Shown here: piece after piece, positions 20,708-32,954 of the stretch
How positions within the stretch are numbered: position 1 is the stretch's first letter
Layout: each line of letters starts with the position of its first letter
DNA from: Alphaproteobacteria bacterium
GTDB lineage: Bacteria > Pseudomonadota > Alphaproteobacteria > UBA828
Length of the DNA: 64,000 nt
NCBI GenBank assembly: GCA_963422645.2
Contig: CAXXVO010000014.1
Coordinates: 192,001 to 256,000 of the forward strand
Direction of reading: 5' to 3'
Position numbers and translations under genes: made by a program
The notes under the pieces: model-generated
The model's input: only the letters and a program-made list of their open reading frames with translations
Told to the model about the DNA's origin: nothing
The model's database searches: none

Positions 20708-21064
20708 ATGAGTCATGTGTTGATGTGGCGGGCAGCGGACGCCGGCGGCGCCGTCTCCCCGCAGCGAATCGTCAAGTACGGCGACGCCGACGGCAAGGTG
20801 GTGCAATCCGCCGCGGCCGAGGACGCCCACATCGGGGTCTCCGGCCGGGCGTCCGCAGCCTTGGGCGGGCGTATTGAGATCGCCCGCACCGGCATCGCCG
20901 ACATCGAATACGGCGCCAACGTCGCGCGGGGCGCGCTGCTCACCGCCGATGGCGACGGCAAGGCGGTGACCGCTGCCGACGGCAACCGTGTCATCGGCAT
21001 CGCCGAGGTTTCCGGCGCCGCCGGCGACATCGGCCAAGTGCTGCTCGCCCCCGGCCTTCACTAA
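20708..21064 (+). CDS. Capsid cement/decoration protein (DUF2190-like)
   Basis: 118 aa Gly/Ala-rich, V.RG..LT.D.DG.AV and IG.A..SG..GD pattern; located between scaffold and MCP. Confidence 0.75.
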   Translation: MSHVLMWRAADAGGAVSPQRIVKYGDADGKVVQSAAAEDAHIGVSGRASAALGGRIEIARTGIADIEYGANVARGALLTADGDGKAVTAADGNRVIGIAEVSGAAGDIGQVLLAPGLH

Positions 21065-21074
21065 GGGAAACACC

Positions 21075-22049
21075 ATGGATCTGCACACCGATCAACTCGC
21101 TTCCGGCCCCTACGAGGTCCAGACCCGGCTCACGCAGATCGCGCAGGCGGCGGTGCCGTCCGGCCTGATCGCCGACGATGTCTGCCCGCGCGTCCGCACC
21201 GGCTTCAAGTTCACCTACACCACGCTTGCCGAGGAGGACCTGCTCACCATTCCGGACGTGCGGGCTTCCCGCGCCGCGCGCCTCAATCAGGTCGAGTTCG
21301 GCGCGACGGACACCACCGCGAGCGTGGTCGATTACGGCCTCGAGGACCCGGTTCCCTCCCGGGATATCGAAGAAGCCCGGGCCCAGGAGGTCGCCTACGA
21401 CCCGCTGGAACAGGCCGCGATTTCCACGGCCGAGCTGGTGAAGCTCGCCCGCGAGCGGCGCGTGGCCGACCTGGTGACCACCGCGTCCAACTATGCCGCC
21501 AGCCACTCCACCACGCTCAACGGCAACGCGCAGTGGAGCCACGCCAGCTCCAATCCGCGCAAGGCGATTCTGGAGGCCCTCGACGTGCCGCTGGTCCGCC
21601 CCAACACGCTGGTGTTCGGGCAGAAGGTGTGGACCGCGCTGCGTCAGTACCCGAAGATCGTCGAAGCGGTGACCGCCACCGGCGCCGGCGACCAGGCCTC
21701 CGGCATCGTGGTGAAGGAGGCCGTGGCCGAGCTCTTCGAGGTCGACCGCGTGCTCGTCGGCATGGCCTGGTACCAGAGCGCCAAGCGCGGCCAGGAGGAC
21801 AGCTTCGCCCGCCTCTGGGGCAAGCACGCCTGTGCAATCCACGTGCGCCGCGACATGGCGTCGCCCCGCGACCGCATGCCGAAATTCTGCTGGACCGCCG
21901 ATGCTCTCGGCGGGCTGCAAGTCGGCACCTATGAAGAGCCGGCGCGCGGCGTCAATCGGGGCTCGATCGTCGTCAAGGTCAGCGAGTGCGTCAAAGAACT
22001 CGTGGCCTACAACCGCGCCGGCTACCTCTGGCGCAGCGCGGTGGCCTGA
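21075..22049 (+). CDS. Phage major capsid protein (HK97 fold, Mu-like/gpE-like family)
   Basis: LTQIAQA..LIADDVCPRV, RERRVA, QWS..SNP..I, RPNTLVFG..VW..L..P.I; position after the decoration gene. Confidence 0.82.
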   Translation: MDLHTDQLASGPYEVQTRLTQIAQAAVPSGLIADDVCPRVRTGFKFTYTTLAEEDLLTIPDVRASRAARLNQVEFGATDTTASVVDYGLEDPVPSRDIEEARAQEVAYDPLEQAAISTAELVKLARERRVADLVTTASNYAASHSTTLNGNAQWSHASSNPRKAILEALDVPLVRPNTLVFGQKVWTALRQYPKIVEAVTATGAGDQASGIVVKEAVAELFEVDRVLVGMAWYQSAKRGQEDSFARLWGKHACAIHVRRDMASPRDRMPKFCWTADALGGLQVGTYEEPARGVNRGSIVVKVSECVKELVAYNRAGYLWRSAVA

Positions 22050-22052
22050 TTC

Positions 22053-23222
22053 ATGGCGATACTCTCCTCCGCACGCCTTTCTACCGCGCGCGCGGTAGCG
22101 CGCGACCCGGCTCGACCGCCCGATCACCTGTGCGGGCTCGGCTACTCGCCGGCGGATCGGCACCAGAGCGCGGCCGAGGGCGAGGTCTGCCGGCACGCCG
22201 AGCGCCTGCTGAACATGGTCCACGCCTATTGCAAGATTCGCGATTCGTGGACCGGGTGGCTGCGCGGCGACGCCATGAGCCGCACCCTCTACGAGCGGAT
22301 CGTGCCCGAGATGCGTGCGCTCCGCGACGCCGAGCGGCGCATCGTGGAGACGCCGAGCGTGACCCTCCTTGCAGTGCTCGACTATGCCGCCCGCGCACGC
22401 AAGGCGGTGCCGGCCTACACGCTCCGCAAGACCATCGACTATCCGCAGCCGCCTGTCCCGGATGCGGTGCGGAAAGCCTGCGAGCGGATGAGCGCGGACG
22501 CCGAGCAGGCCGCGCTTGCCGCCCGCCAGGTGAGTGCCCGCGCCTATGCAGCCCGAATGACGCAGGCGATCGAGCGCGAGCGGGCGGAGGAGGCGCGCCG
22601 TCAGCAAGCGATGGCCGACGCCGGCGTGTCTGAGTCGCCAGAGGATTCCAAACGAGCGCAATCCGCACTGGAGGCGCGGATCGCGGTCTATGAAGGCGAG
22701 CGGCAACGCGCCCTCGCGGATGCCGGGCTCGGCTCGGATGGCGAGGCTGTGGACAAGGAGGCCGCGGCAACGGAGTCGCCGGTGCCGGAGGCGGGCTCGA
22801 CCGTCACCTGGCGGGTCGTCTCGCGCGGCTGGCGCAAGACCGTGCTCGAGCCGACTCCGGAGACCGCGCCGGCGTTCGCGCGCCGGCTGGTCCTGATCGA
22901 TCGCGGCGCGCGCGGCGGCACGCTGCGTGCGTTCGGCGAGCCCGATCTCGACGGGCGGCGTGAGACCATCAACGGCGTCCCCGTCCGCTTCGCTCACCGG
23001 GCCTCCCTCGCCGCGCGCCTTCGGCGCGACCGTGATCGCTTCAAGGTCTCACTCACTCCCACCCAAGTCCGGGAGTTGCGGGGTCACGCGCGTCGTCGAC
23101 GTGGCCTTCGCCGCCCGCCGGACGCGCGTCGGCCGGGGCGTCATGGTCGAGCTGGAGGCGACGCTCACCGTCGCCGGCGACTGGCGCGGCGCCACGCTCC
23201 GCGCCGGCCCGAGCTTCGATGA
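22053..23222 (+). CDS. Hypothetical protein with a coiled-coil middle; probably truncated or fused near 23085
   Basis: Long ORF right after the MCP; composition becomes shadow-like after ..TQVRELRG. Confidence 0.5.
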   Translation: MAILSSARLSTARAVARDPARPPDHLCGLGYSPADRHQSAAEGEVCRHAERLLNMVHAYCKIRDSWTGWLRGDAMSRTLYERIVPEMRALRDAERRIVETPSVTLLAVLDYAARARKAVPAYTLRKTIDYPQPPVPDAVRKACERMSADAEQAALAARQVSARAYAARMTQAIERERAEEARRQQAMADAGVSESPEDSKRAQSALEARIAVYEGERQRALADAGLGSDGEAVDKEAAATESPVPEAGSTVTWRVVSRGWRKTVLEPTPETAPAFARRLVLIDRGARGGTLRAFGEPDLDGRRETINGVPVRFAHRASLAARLRRDRDRFKVSLTPTQVRELRGHARRRRGLRRPPDARRPGRHGRAGGDAHRRRRLARRHAPRRPELR

Positions 23223-25281
23223 CCTATCCGTGGTCGCGCGCCTCGTCGACGGCGCCACCGTGGCCCGCTGGCTGGTGCCGCCCGACACCGGCCAGGCGGT
23301 CGAGATCGTGCCCGGCACCGAGGCCGCGCCCGCCGGCCCGCGCTTCCGCACCACCTGGATGCTGGACGCCGGCCCCGCGCCGGACCCGCCCACCGATTTT
23401 GCGGTGCAAGAGGCGGCGGACGGCACCCGCGTCTATAGCTGGCCCCCGCCCGAGGCGCCGGACCTCGAAGGCGTGGTTATCCGCTACGCCGCCGCCGCCG
23501 GCACCGCGTGGGCCGCCATGACGCCGCTGCACGCGGGCTTCCTCACCGCCTCGCCTCACGAGACCCTTGAGCCGCCCGCCGGAACCTGGACTTTCGCCGC
23601 GCGCGCGGTCTCGACCTCGGGCGCGGAATCGGCCTCCGCCACGGTGCGCGTCACCCTCGGCGGCCAGCGCGTCGGCGGCCAGAGCTGGCACGTCGGCTCG
23701 GGTCCGCCCGATGCGGCGCTCGGCGACGACGGCGACCTCTATCTCAACACCGACGATTCCACGATCTGGCGCAAGGCCGGCGGCGCCTGGTCGCAGATCG
23801 CCGACCTCGCGGGCGCCGACGGCTCGCTCTGGTACACCGGCGCAGGGCTGCCGTCCACGGTCATCGGCGAGGACGGCGACTGGTACTTCCGCACCGCCAA
23901 CGCGGGCATCTATCGCAAGGTCGGCGGCTCCTGGGTATTCCAGCTCGATATCGACGGCGCCGACGGCGCCACCTGGCATTCCGGCGTGGGCGTTCCGGGC
24001 CCGATGCTCGGCCGGGTCGGCGACTGGTACTTCCGCACCGACAACGGCTTCGTCTACGAGAAAACCGGGGCGGCGGTCTGGACCTTCCGCCGCGATATCA
24101 CCGGGCCGCAGGGCATCGCCGGCGCCACCTGGCACTCGGGCCCGCGCGACCCGAGCACGGTGATCGGCAGCGACGGCGACTTCTACCTGCGCACCGCCAA
24201 CTCGACCGTCTGGCAGAAGGCCGGCGGCACCTGGTCGCAGATCGCCGACCTCGCGGGCGCCGACGGTGCGCGCTGGTTCACCGGCGCAGGCCTGCCCTCG
24301 ACGGTCATCGGCGCCGACGGCGACTGGTACTTCCGCACCTCCAACGCCGGCATCTATCGCAAGGTCGGCGGCTCCTGGGTATTCCAGCTCGATATCGACG
24401 GCGCGGACGGCGCGCTCTGGCACGGCGGCACCGGGACGCCCTCCACGGCCATCGGCCGGGTCGGCGACTGGTACTTCCGCACCGACAACGGCTTCGTCTA
24501 CGAGAAGACCGCCGCTGCGGTCTGGACCTTCCGCCGCGATCTCACCGGGCCGCAGGGCACGCCAGGCACCGAGGGCCCGGCCGCGAGCCGGGGGCCCAAC
24601 GTCTACCACTACCAGATATCGCTCGCCGACTACGCCCTGCTCCAGGCCGGGCCGGCGGCGCTGCCGGCCTCGCTCGTCGCCATCGCCAACAGCGCCACCC
24701 TCGGCGAAAACGTGCACGGCGACTGGATCAGGTTCTGGCGACCGGGCTTCAACTCGTGGTGGACCTGGGTCGGCCCGTCCTCGGAGTGGCGCATGGCCGA
24801 GGAGTGGATTGGCGCCGCCGACATCGCGGCGGTGCGCATCCAGGCGATCACCGGCGACTTTCGCGACATCAATGTCACCGGCACGCTCTCGGCCGAGCAC
24901 ATCGACGCCGACGTGCGCAACGTCAAGGTGCTCTGGAGCCATAGCGTCGGCGTGAGCGTCGAGACCGCAGGCTACACCGCCACGCTTTCCGACCCGCCGA
25001 CCGACTACGACTATCTGGAGTTCGTGCTGGAGGAGCTCAACCCGCAAATCTCGCCCTTCGGCCTCGCCTCGATCCCGGTGCCGCACATCCACGTGGGCGC
25101 CACCTTCGACAACGACTCCGCCATCGCCTACGCCATCGCGCGCGGTGCAGGCGAGGCGGACGGCCCGACCCTGCTGATCCGCCGGCCCTCGTCCACCAGC
25201 CGCGATCTGGCCCTCCAGGCGACCACGGCCTCGACCGGCGGCGCCCTGCACGGCGTCATCGGCGTCAGGGAGGTCGATTGA
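23083..25281 (+). CDS. Phage tail tip/fibre protein C-terminal part (FN3-like domain plus six GxGxP..GD.Y repeats), probably 5'-truncated
   Basis: PDPPTDF...YSW...IRY...WTFAARAVSTSG FN3-like pattern, then repeats; first ATG at 23142. Confidence 0.7.
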   Translation, partial: VTRVVDVAFAARRTRVGRGVMVELEATLTVAGDWRGATLRAGPSFDDLSVVARLVDGATVARWLVPPDTGQAVEIVPGTEAAPAGPRFRTTWMLDAGPAPDPPTDFAVQEAADGTRVYSWPPPEAPDLEGVVIRYAAAAGTAWAAMTPLHAGFLTASPHETLEPPAGTWTFAARAVSTSGAESASATVRVTLGGQRVGGQSWHVGSGPPDAALGDDGDLYLNTDDSTIWRKAGGAWSQIADLAGADGSLWYTGAGLPSTVIGEDGDWYFRTANAGIYRKVGGSWVFQLDIDGADGATWHSGVGVPGPMLGRVGDWYFRTDNGFVYEKTGAAVWTFRRDITGPQGIAGATWHSGPRDPSTVIGSDGDFYLRTANSTVWQKAGGTWSQIADLAGADGARWFTGAGLPSTVIGADGDWYFRTSNAGIYRKVGGSWVFQLDIDGADGALWHGGTGTPSTAIGRVGDWYFRTDNGFVYEKTAAAVWTFRRDLTGPQGTPGTEGPAASRGPNVYHYQISLADYALLQAGPAALPASLVAIANSATLGENVHGDWIRFWRPGFNSWWTWVGPSSEWRMAEEWIGAADIAAVRIQAITGDFRDINVTGTLSAEHIDADVRNVKVLWSHSVGVSVETAGYTATLSDPPTDYDYLEFVLEELNPQISPFGLASIPVPHIHVGATFDNDSAIAYAIARGAGEADGPTLLIRRPSSTSRDLALQATTASTGGALHGVIGVREVD
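23680..24570 (+). repeat. Intragenic tandem duplication with 444-bp period (ABC-ABC of ~48/48/52-aa units)
   Basis: TGGTACTTCCGCACC(G/T)CCAACGC at 23881 and 24325; near-identical blocks. Confidence 0.9.
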
Positions 25282-25978
25282 TGGACACCAGAGCACTCCA
25301 GGCGGCGCTCGCGCACTTGGGGCTCGCGCTGCCTTACGGCCTGTTGCCGGGCAGCTATCCCGGCGGCGTGGTCGAGGTCGCGGCCGATGCGGAGACCTGG
25401 GCGGCCTACCGGTGGAACCCGCCCGAGTACATGCGCGCCGGCGCGCTCTACCGGATCGGCCCCTGGCGCGCGCTTCGCCTGGTGGCGCACACGCGCAATC
25501 CGGGCGCCCTTTACAACGAGTTCGCCTATCTCGACGCGGGCTTCGCGGCCGGGCCGCCGGCGCCGCCGGCCCTGCCTGCGCCCACCGGGGCGGATGCGCT
25601 GCCTGGCGGCTGGAGCGCCTTGCCTGAGGCCTTCCCGGCCTGGTCGATCGCGCGCCGCGTCCACCGCGTGCCGGCCGCGCCGCCCGCCTCGGCGCGCTCC
25701 CGGCCGCGCTGATCCGGCGCGCCAACGCGCAAGCGCGCGCCCGTATCGCCACGGCCTACGTCGGCACGCCAAACCGGATCGAGGAGATCACCTGGCGCTT
25801 GAACGGCCGCGCGACGGCGGCGCAGGATGCGGAGCGGGCGCGACTCGTGGCGGCCTGCCATGCGCTGGAGCGGCGCATCGGCAGAGCGGCGACGATCGAG
25901 GCGCTGGAGGCGATCGACGTGAGCAGCGATGCGGCATGGACGGCGGACGATGGAGGGAACGATGGCAACGAAAGGTAA
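25278..25978 (+). pseudogene. Degraded tail-fibre-associated/assembly protein
   Basis: N-terminal ORF 25278-25712, then another frame ending ..RRIGRAATIEALEAIDVSSDAAW..*, resembling fibre chaperone C-termini. Confidence 0.4.
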
Positions 25979-26198
25979 GGCGGCGAGCCTCGCCGATCAG
26001 CTTGAGGGCGCTCGGGTCTATCTTGAGCAGGCGGCCGCCCGCGTGGCCGGGCTGGAGGCGGCGGACGCACCGGGCCGCGGCGATCTGACCATGATCGAGG
26101 TCGCCCGCGACGAGGCGCGCGAGGCCGCAAAGCTCATGCAGCGGGTCCACGGGCGCGCCACCCGAGCGGCCGCGAAGGCAGCGCAAGCGGGCGCGTGA
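25962..26198 (+). CDS. Small helical hypothetical protein (78 aa)
   Basis: RBS GGAGGG, MATKGKAASLADQLE... Confidence 0.55.
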   Translation: MATKGKAASLADQLEGARVYLEQAAARVAGLEAADAPGRGDLTMIEVARDEAREAAKLMQRVHGRATRAAAKAAQAGA

Positions 26199-26209
26199 GG
26201 GTGGCGTGA

Positions 26210-26360
26210 TTTCGCGCCCGCGACCTGGTTTGCCGCGCGCACGACCCTTCGGGCGTGCGCGACTCAGGCGCGGGCGACACGGGCGTACGCGACATCCCAC
26301 TTATCCCACTTGAATCCCACTTATCCCGGGAATCCCACCAAAATATGTGTGGCCTTCGCA
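26210..26360 (+). repeat. Right-end motif: C(TTCG)G-capped hairpin plus five ATCCC(ACTT) tandem units
   Basis: Hairpin 26232-26267 is 34/36 identical to the reverse complement of 59974-60009; repeats at 26294-26340. Confidence 0.85.
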
Positions 26361-26403
26361 TGCTCCCGGGCGCGCCCATCCAAAGACGGACGCGCCCTAT
26401 CAT

Positions 26404-26790
26404 TCAGGCCACCGCGACGGCATCGATCTCGATCTTCCACTCCGGCCGAACCAGGCCGGCTACGACGATGGTGGTCGATGCGGCCTTGTGGTCGGCACCG
26501 AGGTGTTCTTTGCGTGCGGCCCCGAGCAGCGGCACGTAGTCGGCGTCCAGCATGTAGGTGATGGTTCGCACGACGTTGGCCGTGGTCATGCCGGCGTCGG
26601 TGAGCACGGCCTCGATGTTGCGCCAGACGCACTCGATCTGCGCCGCCACGTCGTCGGGCACGGTGCCGTCGGGGGCGACACCGACCTGCCCCGATACGTG
26701 CAGCAGGCGCGATACGTTGACCGCCTCGACGCCGTGGTCGTAGTGCCCGAAGGGTGGCGCGATCTCGGCCGGGTTATAGGTCTTGAACAC
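26404..26790 (-). CDS. RidA/YjgF family protein
   Basis: LHVSGQVG, ASTTIVVAGL..PEWKIEIDAVA. Confidence 0.9.
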   Translation of the reverse strand: MFKTYNPAEIAPPFGHYDHGVEAVNVSRLLHVSGQVGVAPDGTVPDDVAAQIECVWRNIEAVLTDAGMTTANVVRTITYMLDADYVPLLGAARKEHLGADHKAASTTIVVAGLVRPEWKIEIDAVAVA

Positions 26791-26869
26791 GGTGGCCTCC
26801 TGTCGCTGTCGTGCGAGATGTTGGCATCGTCCATCGCCGAAGCCGAGACCCTTCGACTGGGGCGAGCGG

Positions 26870-27451
26870 TCAGGCGGCCTTCCGCGGCCCTATGGGACAA
26901 TGCGCCTCGCGCTCTACCAGGTCGTAGACGAAGAGGAACTTGGCGATGCCCGTGAGTACCGCGGCCACCATGCCGAGCTCGAAGATCTCCCCGTCGTCGA
27001 AGTGCGCCGAGAGATCGGCGTGGAGGGCGGGTATGAGCTGCCCCTCCATGTTGGGAAGCACCATCTCGGCACCGAGACGCAGCACCGCGCGCTCCTGCTC
27101 GGAGAAGACGTCGCTCGCGTCGTTCATGATGTTGTCGAGCTGGGCGTCGGTGACGCCCGCGCGCCGTGCGGCCTCGACGTTCCCCTTGTTGCAAAACGCG
27201 CAGCCGTGGGTCATCGAGAGCCGGTAGCGCAGCAGCTCCTTGATTCTGACCTCGACGCGGCCGCCGTAGAAGACGCCCTCGTAGAAGCTCTTGAAGTACC
27301 ACTCGAGCATGTGAGGCGCGTTGGCGCCGATCTCGAAGAAGGTCGCGTCGCCGCCCTTGCTCTCCTGCAGCGCGCGACTCTCCTGGTATGCCGCGCGCAG
27401 CCATCCATCCATGGCCTCCGGCGCGACCTTCTGTAGCAACGGATTGGGCAC
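26870..27451 (-). CDS. Carboxymuconolactone decarboxylase/AhpD-like protein
   Basis: KELLRYRLS..HGCAFC (CxxC); GTG start after AAGGAGGA. Confidence 0.8.
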   Translation of the reverse strand: MPNPLLQKVAPEAMDGWLRAAYQESRALQESKGGDATFFEIGANAPHMLEWYFKSFYEGVFYGGRVEVRIKELLRYRLSMTHGCAFCNKGNVEAARRAGVTDAQLDNIMNDASDVFSEQERAVLRLGAEMVLPNMEGQLIPALHADLSAHFDDGEIFELGMVAAVLTGIAKFLFVYDLVEREAHCPIGPRKAA

Positions 27452-27518
27452 AATCTCCTCCTTTAGGTTCTCGTCGTCACCCGCGCGCTTCGACCATGGC
27501 ACTGGTGAGAAATGCGGT

Positions 27519-28171
27519 CTAGTCGTCCGCCTCCTTCAGGGCGGCAATGACTTCGTCCGGCTCGGCCCGCGTGGTGTAGTCCGCATCGACGAAGGCCTTG
27601 AGCACCTTGCCGCCCTTGCCGATGACGAAGGTGGCCGAGGCACCGGCAGGGTCTGGCTCGCCTCTCCGTTGGAGGCCTCCAGGTCGATGCCGAACCCCTT
27701 GTAAAGCTCGCTAACCGCGTCGGGCAGGCGGAAGCTGAGGCCGAAGGCGCTCGCCACCCGGTTGCCGTTGTCGCTCAGCACGTCGAAGCCGATCTCGTTC
27801 TTCTTCTGCGTGGTGAGCGCGTTGTCCGGCGTCTCCGGCGTGATGGCGACCAGGCGCGCGCCGAGCGCCTCGATCTCCGGCAGCCGATCCTGCAGCGCCT
27901 TCAGCTCGATGTTGCAATAGGGGCACCAGCCGCCGCGATAGAAGGAGACCACGGCAGGCCCGTCCCCCCACAGCGCCTCGGAGGCGACCGGCTCGCCGTG
28001 CGCGTTGGGCAGCGAGAAATCCGGGGCGGCGCTGCCCTCGCTCGTGCTTCGCTCGGCGATGCCGGACGCGATGAGGTCCTTCGTCGCCCCCTGCATGGTG
28101 GCAAGGGTCTCAGGCGGAAACCTCTCCGCGGAAGCGGCCCGCAGCTTGGCCAGTTCGTCCTTCAGTGACAT
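27519..28171 (-). pseudogene. Peroxiredoxin-like (AhpC/TSA family) protein with a frameshift near 27640
   Basis: FYRGGWCPYCN; the expected C-terminus ATFVIGKGGKV..AFVDADYTTRAEPDEVIAAL continues in another frame. Confidence 0.8.
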
Positions 28172-28441
28172 GTGCTCAACCTCCCTCGATTTTCGTTTGA
28201 ATGCATTGCGTTGTCAGCGTCCCTTCAAGCAGCAATTGGGCATAGAAGTCCAGGCCCAAGCGGCGCGCTTGGATGACCCGCGCTCGGCCCTTTCGCCCAC
28301 CCCGCGAGCGGTTGCGCGGGCCCGGTGAGTGTGATACCACTCGCCAGCCTTGTCCGGGACGGACGCCCGCGAGGCTTTTTTTGCGGCCGCTCCGCGGGCC
28401 AAATTGCGGGCGTGGCAGCTCATCCGGGGCAGACCTAGGGA

Positions 28442-29005
28442 GTGGCGGTGGCTGGTCAATCGGTCGGCGGAGCCGGTCTCGCGGATCGTTACGCGACCGC
28501 GTTATTCGAGCTCGCCCTGGAGCGCAATGCGGTCGAGGAGATCGAGCGCAACCTTGAGGCCACCCGCGAGCTGGTGGAGGGCAGCGACGACCTGAATCTC
28601 GTTGTTCGCAGCGTGACGCTCTCGCGCGCTGAGCAGGCCAAGGCGCTGGACGCGGTGCTGGAGCGGCTCGGAACCAGCCAATACGTCAGGAACTTCGTCG
28701 CGCTGCTCGCGCGCAACCGACGGGTCTTCCTCTTGACCGACATGATCGCGGCGTTTCAGGCGAAGCTCGCCGATCATCGTGGCGAGGTGTCGGCTGAAGT
28801 CACCTCCGCCGTGCCGCTCAAGGCCAATCACGTGGAAGCGGTGAAGGACGCCCTGCGCAACATCGTCGGCCGCGACGTGACGCTCGAGACCCGCGTCGAT
28901 CCCTCGTTGATCGGCGGGCTCACGGTGCGCGTCGGCTCGCGCATGCTCGACAACTCGCTCAGAACAAAGTTGCAGAATCTCGAATTGGCGATGAAGGAAA
29001 TCTGA
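28442..29005 (+). CDS. atpH: F1 ATP synthase delta subunit
   Basis: [27 protein letters not shown]. Confidence 0.95.
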   Translation: MAVAGQSVGGAGLADRYATALFELALERNAVEEIERNLEATRELVEGSDDLNLVVRSVTLSRAEQAKALDAVLERLGTSQYVRNFVALLARNRRVFLLTDMIAAFQAKLADHRGEVSAEVTSAVPLKANHVEAVKDALRNIVGRDVTLETRVDPSLIGGLTVRVGSRMLDNSLRTKLQNLELAMKEI

Positions 29006-29006
29006 G

Positions 29007-30536
29007 ATGGATATCGGCGCCGCCGAAATTTCGGCAATCCTGAAGGAACAGATCGCCAATTTCGGCTCCGAGGCCGATGTTGCCGAGGTTGGCCAAGTGC
29101 TCTCGGTCGGCGACGGCGTGGCCCGGGTCTACGGGCTGGACAATGTCCAGGCCGGCGAGATGGTCGAATTCCCCGGCGGAATCAGGGGGATGGCGCTGAA
29201 TCTTGAGACCGACAATGTCGGTATCGTGATCTTTGGCGAAGACCGCGACATCAAGGAAGGCGACATCGTCAAGCGCACCGGCACCATCGTCGACGTGCCG
29301 GTGGGCAAGGGGCTGCTCGGCCGCGTCGTCGACCCGCTCGGCAATCCGCTCGACGGCAAGGGCCCGATCGAGGCCACGGAGCGCCGCCGGGTCGAGGTCA
29401 AGGCCCCCAGCATCATCCCGCGCCGCTCGGTGCACGAGCCGGTGCAGACCGGGCTCAAGGCGCTCGACGCGCTGGTGCCCATCGGGCGCGGCCAACGGGA
29501 GCTCATCATCGGCGACCGCCAGACCGGCAAGACCGCCGTCGCGCTCGACACCATCATCAATCAGAAAGAGGTCAACGCCGGCGACGACGAATCGCGCAAG
29601 CTCTACTGCATCTATGTCGCGGTTGGGCAGAAGCGCTCGACCGTCGCGCAGATCGTCAAGACGCTGGAGGAGAACGGCGCGCTCGACTATTCCATCGTGG
29701 TCTCCGCCTCCGCCTCCGAGCCCGCGCCGCTGCAGTTCCTCGCACCCTATGCCGGCTGCACCATGGGTGAGTACTTCCGCGACAACGGCATGCACGCGGT
29801 GATCTTCTACGACGATCTCTCGAAGCAGGCCGTGGCCTACCGCCAGATGTCGCTGCTCCTTCGCCGCCCGCCGGGGCGCGAGGCCTATCCGGGCGACGTC
29901 TTCTACCTCCATTCGCGCCTGCTCGAGCGCGCGGCCAAGATGAACGAGGCCAACGGTTCTGGCTCGCTCACCGCGATGCCGGTGATCGAGACCCAGGCGA
30001 GTGACGTCTCGGCCTATATCCCGACCAACGTCATTTCGATCACGGACGGGCAGATCTTCCTCGAGACCGAGCTCTTCTATCAGGGCATTCGGCCGGCGAT
30101 TAACGTCGGCCTCTCGGTGAGCAGGGTGGGCTCCGCCGCCCAGGTGAAGGCGATGAGGCAGGTGGCCGGCCGGATCAAGCTGGAACTTGCGCAGTATCGC
30201 GAGATGGCGGCCTTCGCGCAGTTCGGCTCCGACCTCGATGCGGCGACGCAGCGGCTCCTCAATCGCGGCGCGCGGCTGACCGAGCTCCTCAAGCAGGACC
30301 AGTTCTCGCCGATGGCGGTGGAGGAACAGGTGGTCTCGATCTTCTCCGGCGTGCGCGGCTATCTCGACGGCATCGAGGTAGGCGACGTGAACCGCTTCGA
30401 GCGCAAGTTCCTCGGCGAGATGCGGGCCAACCACGGCGCCTTGTTGGAGCAGATTCGCACCTCGCAGGAGATGAGCGGAGAGAGCGACAAGGCGCTCACC
30501 GCGATCCTCGACGAATTCGCGAAGAAATTCGCCTAA
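29007..30536 (+). CDS. atpA: F1 ATP synthase alpha subunit
   Basis: [29 protein letters not shown]. Confidence 0.98.
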   Translation: MDIGAAEISAILKEQIANFGSEADVAEVGQVLSVGDGVARVYGLDNVQAGEMVEFPGGIRGMALNLETDNVGIVIFGEDRDIKEGDIVKRTGTIVDVPVGKGLLGRVVDPLGNPLDGKGPIEATERRRVEVKAPSIIPRRSVHEPVQTGLKALDALVPIGRGQRELIIGDRQTGKTAVALDTIINQKEVNAGDDESRKLYCIYVAVGQKRSTVAQIVKTLEENGALDYSIVVSASASEPAPLQFLAPYAGCTMGEYFRDNGMHAVIFYDDLSKQAVAYRQMSLLLRRPPGREAYPGDVFYLHSRLLERAAKMNEANGSGSLTAMPVIETQASDVSAYIPTNVISITDGQIFLETELFYQGIRPAINVGLSVSRVGSAAQVKAMRQVAGRIKLELAQYREMAAFAQFGSDLDAATQRLLNRGARLTELLKQDQFSPMAVEEQVVSIFSGVRGYLDGIEVGDVNRFERKFLGEMRANHGALLEQIRTSQEMSGESDKALTAILDEFAKKFA

Positions 30537-30570
30537 GTTGCGGCGGTAAAGGAAGAAACAGGCCTCCGCG

Positions 30571-32927
<2,357 letters not shown>

Positions 32928-32954
32928 GAAAGCCCGGGAGCCCGAGGAACGGCC

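Larger units (their letters stand above)
16987..20711 (+). pseudogene. Mu-like phage head maturation protease/scaffold, interrupted by IS66-B
   Basis: WIDICRAG, VVVGHP..APAYGWV, LRHLGFLGGRAPAVPGL; removing 17682-20197 restores the frame (..MNDQET-ALAERE..VEAGRVLPGER..). Confidence 0.8.
16846..26360 (+). mobile_element. Capsid-encoding Mu-like phage-derived element/remnant bounded by conserved left and right end motifs
   Basis: Protease-decoration-MCP gene order; both ends shared with the element at 59850-60167. Confidence 0.7.

Noticed and set aside
23680-24570. Duplicated tail-fibre blocks as a DGR template/variable repeat pair
   Set aside because: Both copies are in-frame within one gene, differences are not adenine-specific, and no reverse transcriptase is present.
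23224-25752. Long antisense or shadow ORFs (e.g. 842 aa here, 711 aa at 28959-31094, 807 aa at 53374-55797)
   Set aside because: They mirror real genes on the opposite strand, which is expected at this GC content; no motifs.
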